Below are positions 28,586 through 39,152 of a DNA stretch of 64,000 nt, piece after piece. How positions within the stretch are numbered: the first letter of the stretch is position 1; each line of letters opens with the position of its first letter. The notes under the pieces were generated by a model. It worked only from the letters and a program-made list of their open reading frames with translations, was not told the DNA's origin and made no database searches. This DNA comes from a virus (lineage: Duplodnaviria; Heunggongvirae; Uroviricota; Caudoviricetes), in IMG/VR virus record IMGVR_UViG_3300027734_000034. The stretch is one strand, 5' to 3'. Position numbers and translations under genes: made by a program.

Positions 28586-31500
28586 ATGGCAAATAGATTT
28601 TGGGTAGGAGGGTCAGGAACTTGGAGTACAACTGCTACTACTAACTGGTCAGCAACTTCGGGCGGAACGGCTGGCGCAAGCGTTCCGACAGCCGCAGATA
28701 GTGTTTTCTTTGACCAAGCTGCTACTTATAATGTCACAATGACAGGTGCATTAACATGCTTAGATATTACCATTAGTGCCGGTGTGGTTTTACTTATTAC
28801 TGGTACTGCGCCCACATTGACAGTATCCGGTTCTATGACATTATCTAACACTACTGCTTGGTCTATCACTGGTCTTCTAACATTTAACTCTACAAGTGCA
28901 GGTAGAACAATAACTACCAATAACACAACGATATCTTCCCCAATAACATTTTCTGGTGTAGGTGGTGTATGGAGTTTAGGCGGTAATTTAACTACTACTA
29001 GTACTATTACCACAACATTGACTAACGGTACAATAAACTTAAATGGGTTTGATTTAACTACTGGTATATTTAATAGTCAAAATGCTAACACTCGTGCAAT
29101 AACATTTGGTAGTAATTTTATTTACCTAGTACATCCTACCGCAGCAACAACTGTATTAAATATAGGAAATACTGGTATTACTTATACAGGAACTGGTGGT
29201 TTTAGCACAGCAATGACAGTTACCAGGACATTTACTGCTACAACTACCCCGACTGTTACGGGAGGTGTTCCACTTTATATTACATCTGGCACCTCAGCAG
29301 TTACATTTACAGCGAGTTCTTGGTTTACACTTTTAAATTTTAATGGCTATACTGGTACTGCCTCAGGAACGATATTTGCTAAAGACCTTACATTAAGTTC
29401 TGGCGGAACTTACACAGGTATCGTATTAACTACGTACGGTACAGGATCATTAAATGCTAACGGAAGCACAACTGGTATAGGTGCCCTAACACTTGGCGTA
29501 GCTACTCCTAACCCAACTGTAACTACACTGGCAACTAATTTTAATTGCTCTACTTATACCCAATCAGTAGCGACTGCAACATTTAATATAAATGGATTTA
29601 CTTTAACTTGTTCAACTACAGCTAATTATAATGCTGGTACTTTATCAATAAATGCAGGTACTATAAATTGCACAACATTCCAAACTGGTGATAGTTTTAC
29701 TCTTAACAGTGGTACTATAAATCCATCTGTTTCTTTTGTTGCGAACTTTGGTGCACCTAGTGCAACATTCACTTATTCACCAGGCGGCACTTTAACAGCA
29801 GTTCCTACTTTTACTCAGCAAAATGGTACTGTTGTTTTAAATCAAAATCTTACATTGGCTCAAAATGGAACTTATACTTTTTCTCTAGTCGCTGCAAGTG
29901 GTGTACTAACACTAAACAATAACACATTATCAACCGGTGGATTTGTTCGTACAGTATCTGGTGCAAATACTATAAATTTTGGAACTAGTGGACAAATATT
30001 GTTAACCGGAAACAACATGACTGTTTGGGGAGTTACTGGTGCGTTGATAACCACAACAGGTACGGTGTCCATAAACAGCACATACACTGGTAGTGTTGGC
30101 ACTAGAACTTTTAGTTTTTACCTAGTTTCGCAGTTCAACGTTGCTATAGGGTCTGGAACTGGCAATACCATGTATTTAGCGTCTGGTGCAACAGATACGG
30201 TAACATTACTTGGCGGCATGAACTCAGTTGATTTAACTGGAATGACCTTTACACTATCTCAATCCAGTGCATGTACAATAGCGGGACCTTCTTTTATTAT
30301 ACCTGCAACAGGGGGTACAGTAAGTCCAGGCACAGGTCTGATTGAATTTAATGGCGCTGCTGTTGGTATATCTGTAAACAGAGCAATTGATAATCCTTTG
30401 TCTTTTACTAGTGGTTCTGTATGCACATTACTTGCTAACTTAACAACTGGTAGTACTAGATCATCAACGATGAACAGTGCCACATTACGTCTTAACGGGT
30501 ATCAATTGACAACTGGCACATTTGCAGCCACAATTGCTAGTACAAGAACAATAGCGTTTGGTACCACTGGAGTAATCAATGTAACTGGTACTGGTACTGT
30601 TTGGAACACAGGAACTATTACTCTTTTAACTATTACTGGTATTCCCGTTGTCAATGTGACTAGTACTGGTAGCACTGCAATTACTGTTGCATCTGGGGCA
30701 TTGCCAGAAGCACAAGCAATAAGTTTCAACTTTACTGGTGGAACATATGCATTAACTTTCTTAGGTACAGCAGGTTATACTGCAAAAAATGTAGACTTTA
30801 CCGGGTTTGCAGGATCATGGACCTTAAGTACAGACAACACCATATATGGAAATTGGAAATATTCTACTGGAATGACCGTTACAACTGCACCAAATAGTTT
30901 AGTATTTGGCGCTACAATTGGTAATACACAAATAATGACCAGTAATGGCAAAACAACAAATACAATAAAACTTACAGGTGGCGGGATTGTTGGTTTGGCA
31001 GACCCATTGACATTAAGTTCTGACATACTAGTAGAAGCTGGTACATTTAATTCAAACAATTATGATATATCTACTGTTAGAATTAGTTCGTATACTACTA
31101 CTACAACTAGAGCAATAAATTTAGGTAGTTCTATAGTTACAATGAGTGGTTTATTTCGTGTAAACACAATTGGATTAACATTTAATGCCGGTACAAGTAC
31201 AATAGCTTATACAGGCACAAATAGTTTGACTGTAGAAAATGGATCAGTCATTGGTTTAACTTTTTACAATTTTACTAATACTACTATGGGTCCTAGTAAC
31301 ATTGGTATTACAGGAAAAAATACATTTAATAATTTAACATTACCTACATCTACTTCTACTTCTGCTATATATACATTTGCTAATGATATAATAGTCAATG
31401 GTAATTTGACTATCCCTACTCCACAATCTAATGTAAATGATGATAATAAATTAGTCGTAGCATCTGCTACCATTGGAAATCAAGTTAAAATAACTGTTAA

Positions 31501-34500
31501 TGGTCAAATATCATCACTTACTAAAATCTTTTTTAGAGACATTAATGCACAAGGCAAATGGTTACCATGGGTTGGTGATCGCTTAGGCAATATAAGCAAT
31601 AATAATAATATTTCATTTACTCCCGGTAGAAATAAGTATTGGAGTTTAGCTGGTGGTGGTAATGCCACACAAGTTGCTTGGGCATTAACTTCAGGCGGAA
31701 CACCGGCTGCTGCTAATTATCCTTTACCACAAGATACTATTATCATAGATAATAATGGGTTGAATACAAGTGCATCAATAACTTTTAATTCGGCTATATA
31801 TTTTACTAGTATAAACATGGCAAGTAGAACCAATGCTTTTACACTTGGTATTACTAATGGCGAGAATGTCTATGTTTCAGGAGATTGGACAAATGGTTCA
31901 GGGTTAACAAGTGTAACTAATGTGGGCGGAAAAATAAATTTTAATAACAGTCTACCGGGTTATGTTCAAAGTATAACAAGTGCAGGTAAATTGTTTAGTT
32001 CACAAATTTATATTAACACAGTTGGAATAGTTCGACTACTAGACAATTTTGATCAAGACTCGTTAGTTGGAGTTCAAGGATTTGAACTTACGAAAGGCAC
32101 ACTTACTCTTAACGGGTTTAGTTTAAATACTGCACAATTTAACTCAAGTTTTACAAATGTCCGTACTATTAATTTTGGTTCAACTTTTATAAATGTTACT
32201 CATCCTACAGCAGGAACTTCCGTAATAGCTATGTCCAATGCCACTAACTTTAGTGCAACTGGTACCGGTGGCTTTAGAGCAAACATGTCAGTAACTAGAA
32301 CATTTAATTGTGGCACAGGTGGTGCACCTACAGTAGCACCAAACTTGTTTATATTTACTGGTGCAAGTATACCTACTATTAGTAGTGGTAGTTATTTTAA
32401 TACAATAGACTTCACCGGTAGTACTTGCTCACCAGCAACATCAACAGTTAATGTTGTCAATGCAACATTAGCAACTGGAGTTGGAGTTTTTACTGGACTA
32501 ACATTGAATTGTAGCAGTAGTGGAACAATAACAACTAATGCAAAAACAATAGCAGCAGTTACTTTATTGTCAGGAAGTCCACAAATATCTGGAACATGTA
32601 CTTGTACGACATTCACAGTTAATGGTGGAACGCTTACTGCTTGGGGCGGTACAATTGTACCAACTGGTAGTTTTATTGTTACTACTGGTAATGTATACTT
32701 AAGCAATGGCGGTACATTAACCGTGACTACGATTACTCAAAACGGTGGTGGTGTATATCTAACTGCAAGTTTTACGATGACTGCTGGAACTAGTACATAC
32801 ACATTCAATGCAGGTACATTAAGTATATACAATACACAAAGTAATCAAACATTATCAGTTGGTAGATTTATTTCTAACGGCACTGGCGTTCGTTTTTTAC
32901 AAATTTATGGATATATAAGATTAACAAACACAACGGCAGCAGCAACAGCAGTTGATATGGCAAATACAACTAACTTGATAGTTGATTATGGTACATTCTA
33001 TAGTCCATCTGCTGGATTCTTAACATCTGGTACAGTAGCACAAACATATACAATAGGAACGACTGGCGGTAACGTAAACAATGCAATAAGTATACAATGG
33101 GATAGTGGTGGAACAGCAGTACCTACGATAACGACTGGTAGCTGGTTCGCTAACTTTAATCCAAGCGCAGCAGGCGCATTCACGATACTTGCTACTACTA
33201 TTAACATAGCAAACTCAGTGACATTAAGTAGTGCTGGAACTTGGACAAACTGTTCGTTCAACTTGCGCGGCACTGGGACTTTCAATAGTAATACTAAAAG
33301 CTGTGCTACACTAACTCTTAATAGTGTTGGAGCATATAGTTTAGCTGGTTCAGGTCTACTATGTGTAACCTATCAACAGACAGCAGGTTCATTCTTCTGT
33401 GGTAATAATTTGACTTGTAGTGGCACTGCTACTTTCAGTGGTGGTAGTTTTGGTATATCAAATGGCACATTAGCCTGTACAACATTTACAGTTAACGGTG
33501 GAACTCATGTTTGGGCAGGTGGTAATGGAACATTAACAGCGTCGGTTGGTATTGTTGTGTCAGCAGGTTCATTCACATACAGTACCGGTACGATAACTGC
33601 GACACCAGCGTGGACTATATCGGGTACTGGTTCAGTAACATTTAACAATAGTTACTCGTTGACTGCGACTGGTACCTTCACTTTAACAGCTGGTACTTTA
33701 ATACTTGCCCCAGGAGTAACTTTAACAGTTGGTATTTTTACTAGTAATGCTTCTGGTACACGTAATATTCAATTTGGTGATTCATTCACCGCAGGTAATA
33801 TCTCACTAGCACATACGACAGCAGGACAAACTTGCATAGGTATGACCAATCTTACTGGTTTTACTTGGTCTGGAGCAGGTGGATTTGTTTCTGCGATGAC
33901 TGTCGCTAGAACTTTTGGTGCAGGTGGAACGGGTGGAGCTACCGCAACTAATGCTCCCCCATTAACTATTACGGGAGGTTCGGCTGTAATAACATTTAAT
34001 TTTCCTAGTTATTGGTCAAGACTCAATTTAACTGGTTTTGCCGGCGTGGGTGCCGCTTCACTTCAAGGTGGCGCGCAAAACGTGACCGGTGATGTCGTTG
34101 TTGGAGCCAGTGGAAGTTATGTTCCAGGTTTTGAGTTTTTTGGAGGAAATAATACACTTACCACAAATGGTAAAATAATGGGTTCCTTGACAATATCGGG
34201 CGGTAATACTACATTGAAGGATGCATACACAGGTAATGCAACTTCAGGTTTGAGTCTCACCGGTGGAAATCTGTATACGCAGGGATTTCCTATAACAACG
34301 AATACATTTGGTGGTACCGGGGCAAATGTTAGAGGTATATTTGGAACTGGTCAAATATTTAATATTACCGGATCAGGTCTTAATCAACCTAGTCAATTTA
34401 GTGGTTCAAATTTAACAGTAAGTGGATTGATTCTTAATTATAGTAATGCTAGTGCAAAATTTGTTTCAGTTGGAAACGTCGGAAACCTTACTTTTGACTC

Positions 34501-34936
34501 AACAATTAATATAGGTGCAGGTCAATTGACTATTACTGGTAACAGTACCGCTACTTTTAATAACATAACAAATTCAGTTCAACCATGCACTCTTACAATT
34601 GCTACCGGTCTCGGAACCCCAACATTTATTAATTTCAATTTGCGTGGCACAGCAGGAAATTTAGTAACTATCAACTCAAATGTTGCGGGCACTCGTGCAA
34701 CAATTCGTAAAGCTAGCGGCACAGTATATGGAGATTATCTATCTATCCAAGATATAAATGCGACCGGTGTAACCGGTCAGACCAATAGTGCTCCTACTTG
34801 GTATGCAGGACCCACTTCAACCAATGTAAGTAACAATACAGGTTGGATATTCACGCGACTACCCATCATCTCAATGGGTAATGTATCCATCGATGCAAGC
34901 AATGGCGGCATTACTTTTGGCGACCAACCCGTTTAA
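28586..34936 (+). CDS. Giant Gly/Thr/Asn/Ser-rich repeat protein, probable beta-solenoid tail fibre/adhesin, 2116 aa
   Basis: N-terminal RFWVGGSGTW...WSATSGG...VPTAADSVFFD recurs internally (KYWSLAGGG...WALTSGG...PLPQDTIIID); the unit LNGxxLxTxxFxS...R.I.FG...HPTA.T...GGF...MxVTRTF occurs 3-4 times; late promoter 28556-28561 plus SD gagga. Confidence 0.75.
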   Translation: MANRFWVGGSGTWSTTATTNWSATSGGTAGASVPTAADSVFFDQAATYNVTMTGALTCLDITISAGVVLLITGTAPTLTVSGSMTLSNTTAWSITGLLTFNSTSAGRTITTNNTTISSPITFSGVGGVWSLGGNLTTTSTITTTLTNGTINLNGFDLTTGIFNSQNANTRAITFGSNFIYLVHPTAATTVLNIGNTGITYTGTGGFSTAMTVTRTFTATTTPTVTGGVPLYITSGTSAVTFTASSWFTLLNFNGYTGTASGTIFAKDLTLSSGGTYTGIVLTTYGTGSLNANGSTTGIGALTLGVATPNPTVTTLATNFNCSTYTQSVATATFNINGFTLTCSTTANYNAGTLSINAGTINCTTFQTGDSFTLNSGTINPSVSFVANFGAPSATFTYSPGGTLTAVPTFTQQNGTVVLNQNLTLAQNGTYTFSLVAASGVLTLNNNTLSTGGFVRTVSGANTINFGTSGQILLTGNNMTVWGVTGALITTTGTVSINSTYTGSVGTRTFSFYLVSQFNVAIGSGTGNTMYLASGATDTVTLLGGMNSVDLTGMTFTLSQSSACTIAGPSFIIPATGGTVSPGTGLIEFNGAAVGISVNRAIDNPLSFTSGSVCTLLANLTTGSTRSSTMNSATLRLNGYQLTTGTFAATIASTRTIAFGTTGVINVTGTGTVWNTGTITLLTITGIPVVNVTSTGSTAITVASGALPEAQAISFNFTGGTYALTFLGTAGYTAKNVDFTGFAGSWTLSTDNTIYGNWKYSTGMTVTTAPNSLVFGATIGNTQIMTSNGKTTNTIKLTGGGIVGLADPLTLSSDILVEAGTFNSNNYDISTVRISSYTTTTTRAINLGSSIVTMSGLFRVNTIGLTFNAGTSTIAYTGTNSLTVENGSVIGLTFYNFTNTTMGPSNIGITGKNTFNNLTLPTSTSTSAIYTFANDIIVNGNLTIPTPQSNVNDDNKLVVASATIGNQVKITVNGQISSLTKIFFRDINAQGKWLPWVGDRLGNISNNNNISFTPGRNKYWSLAGGGNATQVAWALTSGGTPAAANYPLPQDTIIIDNNGLNTSASITFNSAIYFTSINMASRTNAFTLGITNGENVYVSGDWTNGSGLTSVTNVGGKINFNNSLPGYVQSITSAGKLFSSQIYINTVGIVRLLDNFDQDSLVGVQGFELTKGTLTLNGFSLNTAQFNSSFTNVRTINFGSTFINVTHPTAGTSVIAMSNATNFSATGTGGFRANMSVTRTFNCGTGGAPTVAPNLFIFTGASIPTISSGSYFNTIDFTGSTCSPATSTVNVVNATLATGVGVFTGLTLNCSSSGTITTNAKTIAAVTLLSGSPQISGTCTCTTFTVNGGTLTAWGGTIVPTGSFIVTTGNVYLSNGGTLTVTTITQNGGGVYLTASFTMTAGTSTYTFNAGTLSIYNTQSNQTLSVGRFISNGTGVRFLQIYGYIRLTNTTAAATAVDMANTTNLIVDYGTFYSPSAGFLTSGTVAQTYTIGTTGGNVNNAISIQWDSGGTAVPTITTGSWFANFNPSAAGAFTILATTINIANSVTLSSAGTWTNCSFNLRGTGTFNSNTKSCATLTLNSVGAYSLAGSGLLCVTYQQTAGSFFCGNNLTCSGTATFSGGSFGISNGTLACTTFTVNGGTHVWAGGNGTLTASVGIVVSAGSFTYSTGTITATPAWTISGTGSVTFNNSYSLTATGTFTLTAGTLILAPGVTLTVGIFTSNASGTRNIQFGDSFTAGNISLAHTTAGQTCIGMTNLTGFTWSGAGGFVSAMTVARTFGAGGTGGATATNAPPLTITGGSAVITFNFPSYWSRLNLTGFAGVGAASLQGGAQNVTGDVVVGASGSYVPGFEFFGGNNTLTTNGKIMGSLTISGGNTTLKDAYTGNATSGLSLTGGNLYTQGFPITTNTFGGTGANVRGIFGTGQIFNITGSGLNQPSQFSGSNLTVSGLILNYSNASAKFVSVGNVGNLTFDSTINIGAGQLTITGNSTATFNNITNSVQPCTLTIATGLGTPTFINFNLRGTAGNLVTINSNVAGTRATIRKASGTVYGDYLSIQDINATGVTGQTNSAPTWYAGPTSTNVSNNTGWIFTRLPIISMGNVSIDASNGGITFGDQPV

Positions 34937-34948
34937 CATAAATAAAAT

Positions 34949-35275
34949 ATGAAATACTTAACCATCACCTTACTATGCCTGTCCTTCCTACCCGTTTATG
35001 CACAAGATAAACCCGATGAAGTTGTAAATGTCAAAATAGAATGTTACAATACTATGAAGATATTCACAGAGTTACAGAAAACTTATAAAGAAATTCCTGT
35101 TATCCTAGGTAAGACTAGTGATGAAGCAGGTTCTACTATGACATTATGGATGAGTCCAAAAGAGAAAACTTGGACAATCATAGCAACTAAAGATAAACTT
35201 AGTTGTATTGTTGGAGCCGGCACTGAAGCTGAGTTCTCTCCTATCTTTATGAAAAAGAAAGATTTATTTAATTGA
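34949..35275 (+). CDS. Hypothetical exported protein
   Basis: Signal peptide MKYLTITLLCLSFLPVYA; similar architecture to 59981-60277 (C...WTxx...CxxxxG). Confidence 0.6.
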   Translation: MKYLTITLLCLSFLPVYAQDKPDEVVNVKIECYNTMKIFTELQKTYKEIPVILGKTSDEAGSTMTLWMSPKEKTWTIIATKDKLSCIVGAGTEAEFSPIFMKKKDLFN

Positions 35276-36006
35276 AAAAATGTATCACAGCCTTACTGCT
35301 ATGTGCTTCTTTTTGTGCTAATGCTTACCCCGCATTGACTGCACAAGCATGGTTAGTTGCTGATGACAATGGACTTATATTAGATGGTTCACACACTAAA
35401 GACGTTCGTTCTATTGCTAGCATAACTAAACTGATGACTAGCATAGTTGTATTGGATAGTGGACAATCATTAACTGAAACAATACCAAAGAAACTATACA
35501 ATAGAACATTCACTCGACAAGAGTTACTCAATCTAGCCATTATCAAATCAGATAACAATGCTGCTAGAATGCTTTGCGAATACTATCCGGGCGGTATGTT
35601 TAGATGCATTCAAGCAATGAATAATAAAGCTACTGAATTAAAAATGCACAGTAGCAATTTCACTGACCCAACCGGGTTGCTTACTACCAATGTAAGCACC
35701 GCAGAAGATTTAGTTAAGTTGGTAATGGCAGCAAAGAATTACCCAACTATTACTAACGCAAGCAATACCTCAACCATTCAATGGCAAATTAACAAAAAGA
35801 CTCGTGCTATCTTTCACAATACCAATGACCTAGTTGGCAAAGGCGTTGACTTTATAGTAAGTAAAACAGGATGGATAACCGCTAGCGGTGGCTGCATTGT
35901 TATGATGCTACACGGAGAGCAGGGAGTTAGGACAGTTGTATTACTAGGTAGTAAGAATACAAAGACCCGTATACCAGAAGCGTATATGGTATCTAAATTA
36001 CATTAA
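35272..36006 (+). CDS. Serine D-Ala-D-Ala peptidase, peptidase S11 (PBP7/PbpG-like)
   Basis: Signal peptide; SIASITKLM (SxxK), KSDNNAA (SxN), SKTGWI (KTG), F.DPTGL. Confidence 0.85.
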   Translation: MKKCITALLLCASFCANAYPALTAQAWLVADDNGLILDGSHTKDVRSIASITKLMTSIVVLDSGQSLTETIPKKLYNRTFTRQELLNLAIIKSDNNAARMLCEYYPGGMFRCIQAMNNKATELKMHSSNFTDPTGLLTTNVSTAEDLVKLVMAAKNYPTITNASNTSTIQWQINKKTRAIFHNTNDLVGKGVDFIVSKTGWITASGGCIVMMLHGEQGVRTVVLLGSKNTKTRIPEAYMVSKLH

Positions 36007-36257
36007 CGCTTTTTAGGCATGTAATCTACTCCTGCAATGGGAGTAAAGTCTTTGGTAAGATTGTTAATCATATCTTCACCGTACTTTAGTGTAATGAGGC
36101 TGAAATTTTGCTCATTACCTTCTTTGTGTATACCGATCATTAAATGTCGATGCCATTTAATTTTTGTGGCAATGATTTTTTTGACAGAATTATCATTTAA
36201 GATATCATCAAAGTTATTATTTTCACGGAAAAAAGTATAGTATTTCATTGTTTCCAC
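36003..36257 (-). CDS. Hypothetical protein
   Basis: Small ORF at the end of a minus-strand operon. Confidence 0.55.
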   Translation of the reverse strand: METMKYYTFFRENNNFDDILNDNSVKKIIATKIKWHRHLMIGIHKEGNEQNFSLITLKYGEDMINNLTKDFTPIAGVDYMPKKR

Positions 36258-36445
36258 AACACAAAGGCTGTATAGTCTCGTTCTTCTTCAAAGTAAAATT
36301 CGTACATGCCACCATCACTACCAGCTGGTACTACACAATTGTAACCCCATTCGCCAATACAGTTTCTCTCTAACCAGCCTATCATTGGTCTTAGTTTGCC
36401 ATAATCAATAATGATTTCAGCTTTGAGTTTCGTATTTAGTGACAA
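36245..36445 (-). CDS. Hypothetical protein
   Basis: Small ORF in the operon. Confidence 0.55.
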   Translation of the reverse strand: MSLNTKLKAEIIIDYGKLRPMIGWLERNCIGEWGYNCVVPAGSDGGMYEFYFEEERDYTAFVLWKQ

Positions 36446-36866
36446 CTAACCCACTACTTTCTAGGAATTGTATTCCTGACGTATCTCTATATGTATCTCG
36501 GTAGTATAAGCTATTGATACCACTCTGATATATTAGTTTAGCACAATTGATGCATGGCGCATGTGTGCAGAACATAGTCGCACCCTCGCTAGATTCTGTG
36601 CTTGCGGACACTTTAGCAATTGCGTTTGTTTCTGCATGTAATACTTCTTGCTTGGTTACAAGCCGCTTTACAAACTTCTCATCCAATTCAACTACCTCAA
36701 CTGTCTCACAAGTATTATCCCATCCACTTGGCATACCATTGTAACCTGTAGCAAGTATCTTGTTACCCTTGACAATGACAGAACCAACTTGCAATCGTTT
36801 AGCATAACTCAATGTGCTAGTGAGTTCTGCTACCTTCATGTAATAATCAATAAATTTTTGTTTCAT
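36417..36866 (-). CDS. dCMP deaminase
   Basis: QVGSVIV...GYNGMPSG...LHAETNAI...THAPCINCAKLI (HAE and PCxxC zinc motifs). Confidence 0.92.
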   Translation of the reverse strand: MKQKFIDYYMKVAELTSTLSYAKRLQVGSVIVKGNKILATGYNGMPSGWDNTCETVEVVELDEKFVKRLVTKQEVLHAETNAIAKVSASTESSEGATMFCTHAPCINCAKLIYQSGINSLYYRDTYRDTSGIQFLESSGLVVTKYETQS

Positions 36867-37327
36867 TCTGATTCAACCTCAATCCAAGTATGATCTCCTA
36901 ACCATTTAACAGCAGCAATATATTCATAACTTTCTGGAGCACTAGCACTCCAACCATTTGGTCCTGTTTTAGCTAATATCGTTTTCTTCTTTTCTCTTTC
37001 AAATACTAACCAATATGTTTGCCCATGGTAAGTTTGGAACTGATATTCAGCAGCGTGTACTGCGTCGGTTATTTCTAATCTGCGTTTAATCTGTCGTGCT
37101 TGTTTTTCTAATACACTAACCAATTCCATAATACGATTGTATTCTTGCTCGGCATGCATTCTGCCAACGTTGAGCATTATATCTTTTTGTTTTTCAACCG
37201 GGACTAAATCAAATTTAACACCGCCTGCTTCAGTTGGGTATGGGGTAATGTTTCTATTAAAGAAGGGCACAAGCGTATTGCCTGTGGTTATATCAAAACT
37301 ATTTCTTCCTTTAAGTTTGTTACTCAT
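36863..37327 (-). CDS. Hypothetical phage protein (DUF2452-like)
   Basis: TPYPTEAGG...QEYNRIMELV..L..Q...AEYQF...GQTYWL pattern. Confidence 0.55.
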   Translation of the reverse strand: MSNKLKGRNSFDITTGNTLVPFFNRNITPYPTEAGGVKFDLVPVEKQKDIMLNVGRMHAEQEYNRIMELVSVLEKQARQIKRRLEITDAVHAAEYQFQTYHGQTYWLVFEREKKKTILAKTGPNGWSASAPESYEYIAAVKWLGDHTWIEVESE

Positions 37328-37560
37328 TTTACATAGAATGTTTTGATATGTTCTCTAGCTGACCTGTTGTTTAATATACTTAGTACATAATTTGTCTGAT
37401 TATATTTTTCACAAAATGCTTCACCTAATTTAGTATTACCTTTGAGTTCTTCAAATAGAAAATTCTTACAAAAATCATCAAATTCTTCTTGGGTGATATA
37501 GAAGCCTTCAGCTTTGCCCGGAAAATACGATACTAATTCTTTTGCCATCTGTTCAAACAT
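37324..37560 (-). CDS. Hypothetical protein
   Basis: Probable start MFEQMAK at 37560, 1 nt after the upstream stop. Confidence 0.55.
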   Translation of the reverse strand: MFEQMAKELVSYFPGKAEGFYITQEEFDDFCKNFLFEELKGNTKLGEAFCEKYNQTNYVLSILNNRSAREHIKTFYVK

Positions 37561-37561
37561 A

Positions 37562-38095
37562 TCAATCCCACATGCTACGAAAATACTTACCGAACAGTTC
37601 CAAACCTTCTTGTATCCGTTCATCGTGTTTCATGTGCCCGACATGGTCATACCAGTGTGCATCAGGATTCTTATCTACCATTTTGTATGTTGCTTCCAAC
37701 ACACCAGTAACTGGATTAGGATATTGTTTATCGGTCTTTACCCAATCATATTTAGGTTCGCCATGATGATATTGATCATCATAATCAGCTTTGAGTAGTT
37801 GCTCAAAAGACCATATCATCTTGTCTAGTGTTTCATCCCATTTTTCTAGTCCTGCTTTCCAAGCATCATCGTATGACTCTTGGTAAAACTCAAAACTATC
37901 TTGACTGCTAGAGGATCCATCATCAGCAAATTCATTTGGTACACCTTGCTTAGTTGCTTTAAGTTGCAGTAATGCTGGGTATATGATTAGTGCTAGAGTA
38001 TGGTCCAATCCCCAAGTATCGTATGTATCAATTTGTACATCAATCTTTCTACGGGTCTTGTTATTCTTTGGATATTTGCCTATGTTTATTTTCAT
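37562..38095 (-). CDS. Hypothetical phage protein
   Basis: DTWGLDHTLALIIYPALLQLKATKQGVP...W...LDKMIWSFE...RIQEGLELFGKYFRSMWD, a motif set typical of myophage hypotheticals. Confidence 0.65.
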   Translation of the reverse strand: MKINIGKYPKNNKTRRKIDVQIDTYDTWGLDHTLALIIYPALLQLKATKQGVPNEFADDGSSSSQDSFEFYQESYDDAWKAGLEKWDETLDKMIWSFEQLLKADYDDQYHHGEPKYDWVKTDKQYPNPVTGVLEATYKMVDKNPDAHWYDHVGHMKHDERIQEGLELFGKYFRSMWD

Positions 38096-38097
38096 GT

Positions 38098-38292
38098 TTA
38101 GCAGTCAATATCTACATTACGACCTTTTGGTAAACTCAATCTCTTATTGCGTTGGATGCGTGTTTCTTCCATAGCAGCAGTTTCAAGTGCTTTTAAATGA
38201 TGCTTGTGATTTTCTTGTTGATATTGTTTGATAGCCGCAAGGTGACGAACTTGAAAAGCCTTTTCTTGTTCCGTTACCTTGTTTACCTTCAT
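38098..38292 (-). CDS. Hypothetical protein
   Basis: Probable start MKVNKV at 38292 (ATGA overlap). Confidence 0.55.
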   Translation of the reverse strand: MKVNKVTEQEKAFQVRHLAAIKQYQQENHKHHLKALETAAMEETRIQRNKRLSLPKGRNVDIDC

Positions 38293-38639
38293 AATGTTGT
38301 TTTTACTTCCCCGTCGACAAACCAAACTATTTCTTCATCATAAGTAACACCTGCAATCTCTGTTTTGCCTTTTGCAATTAATGCAAGTTCTTCCAATGAT
38401 TTACCTTGACCAATAAATTGATTACTGGTATGCTCATATAGATAAAGTAATTCATTAATATTTTCAATGAAATATTTCTTAACTTGGATTACTTCAACCT
38501 TTTCCTCTTCCTCAAAATCTACCCCGGCTTCTTCTAATGCTTTCTGTAGACGATATAGTGTATATCTTGTACCAAAAAAAGCTCCTGCTAAAAATATAGA
38601 CAATGACTGGAGTAGATAAATGATTGTAGAGTATTCCAT
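38289..38639 (-). CDS. Hypothetical protein with an N-terminal TM helix
   Basis: TIIYLLQSLSIFLAGAFFG hydrophobic segment. Confidence 0.6.
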   Translation of the reverse strand: MEYSTIIYLLQSLSIFLAGAFFGTRYTLYRLQKALEEAGVDFEEEEKVEVIQVKKYFIENINELLYLYEHTSNQFIGQGKSLEELALIAKGKTEIAGVTYDEEIVWFVDGEVKTTL

Positions 38640-38643
38640 AGTA

Positions 38644-38937
38644 TTATTTATTAATAGTTAAATTAGACCATTTTTTCAACTTGTGAAACTTATTTAGTTT
38701 AGCTTCTTTAATTCCTTCAACAGTGACACCAACATTCATATCTGTCAACAGTTCTACCATTGCAAACAAGTCACCAATTTCTTCTTCAAGCATATTTATG
38801 TTAGTTCTGTTTTTACCCGGTTTCATTTGATCGGGTCCAAAACGCATACACTTACTAACTGCTTGTGTGACCTCTGCACATTCCTCTTGTAATATTAGTA
38901 ATAATTCTTTTGTTTGTTCGTTCATTACTTGTTCCAT
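38644..38937 (-). CDS. MazG-like NTP pyrophosphohydrolase
   Basis: ILQEECAEVTQAVSK...LEEEIGDLFAM (EExxE...EExxD). Confidence 0.75.
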   Translation of the reverse strand: MEQVMNEQTKELLLILQEECAEVTQAVSKCMRFGPDQMKPGKNRTNINMLEEEIGDLFAMVELLTDMNVGVTVEGIKEAKLNKFHKLKKWSNLTINK

Positions 38938-39143
38938 TGTGTATTCAGTATAGAAACAACATAATCAGTTGATTCAGATACTTCCCATGTTCCATGTGGT
39001 GGACAGAAAACAAAAGTAACATTCTCTGTTTCTCCAGTTTCTCTGAGTACAGGTGATGTATGAATTGATTGAATCAAATCACTATTAAGTGCTATCTGCG
39101 TTCCACGATAAGCTGGGTTTGCGTTTGTTAGTATAATGTACAT
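38925..39143 (-). CDS. Hypothetical protein
   Basis: SD aagga; small ORF. Confidence 0.6.
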   Translation of the reverse strand: MYIILTNANPAYRGTQIALNSDLIQSIHTSPVLRETGETENVTFVFCPPHGTWEVSESTDYVVSILNTQWNK

Positions 39144-39152
39144 TTTGTTTCC

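Noticed and set aside
28586-34936. Diversity-generating retroelement target in the giant fibre
   Set aside because: No reverse transcriptase and no near-identical TR/VR pair with adenine-specific differences were seen; the repeats are diverged protein-level repeats.
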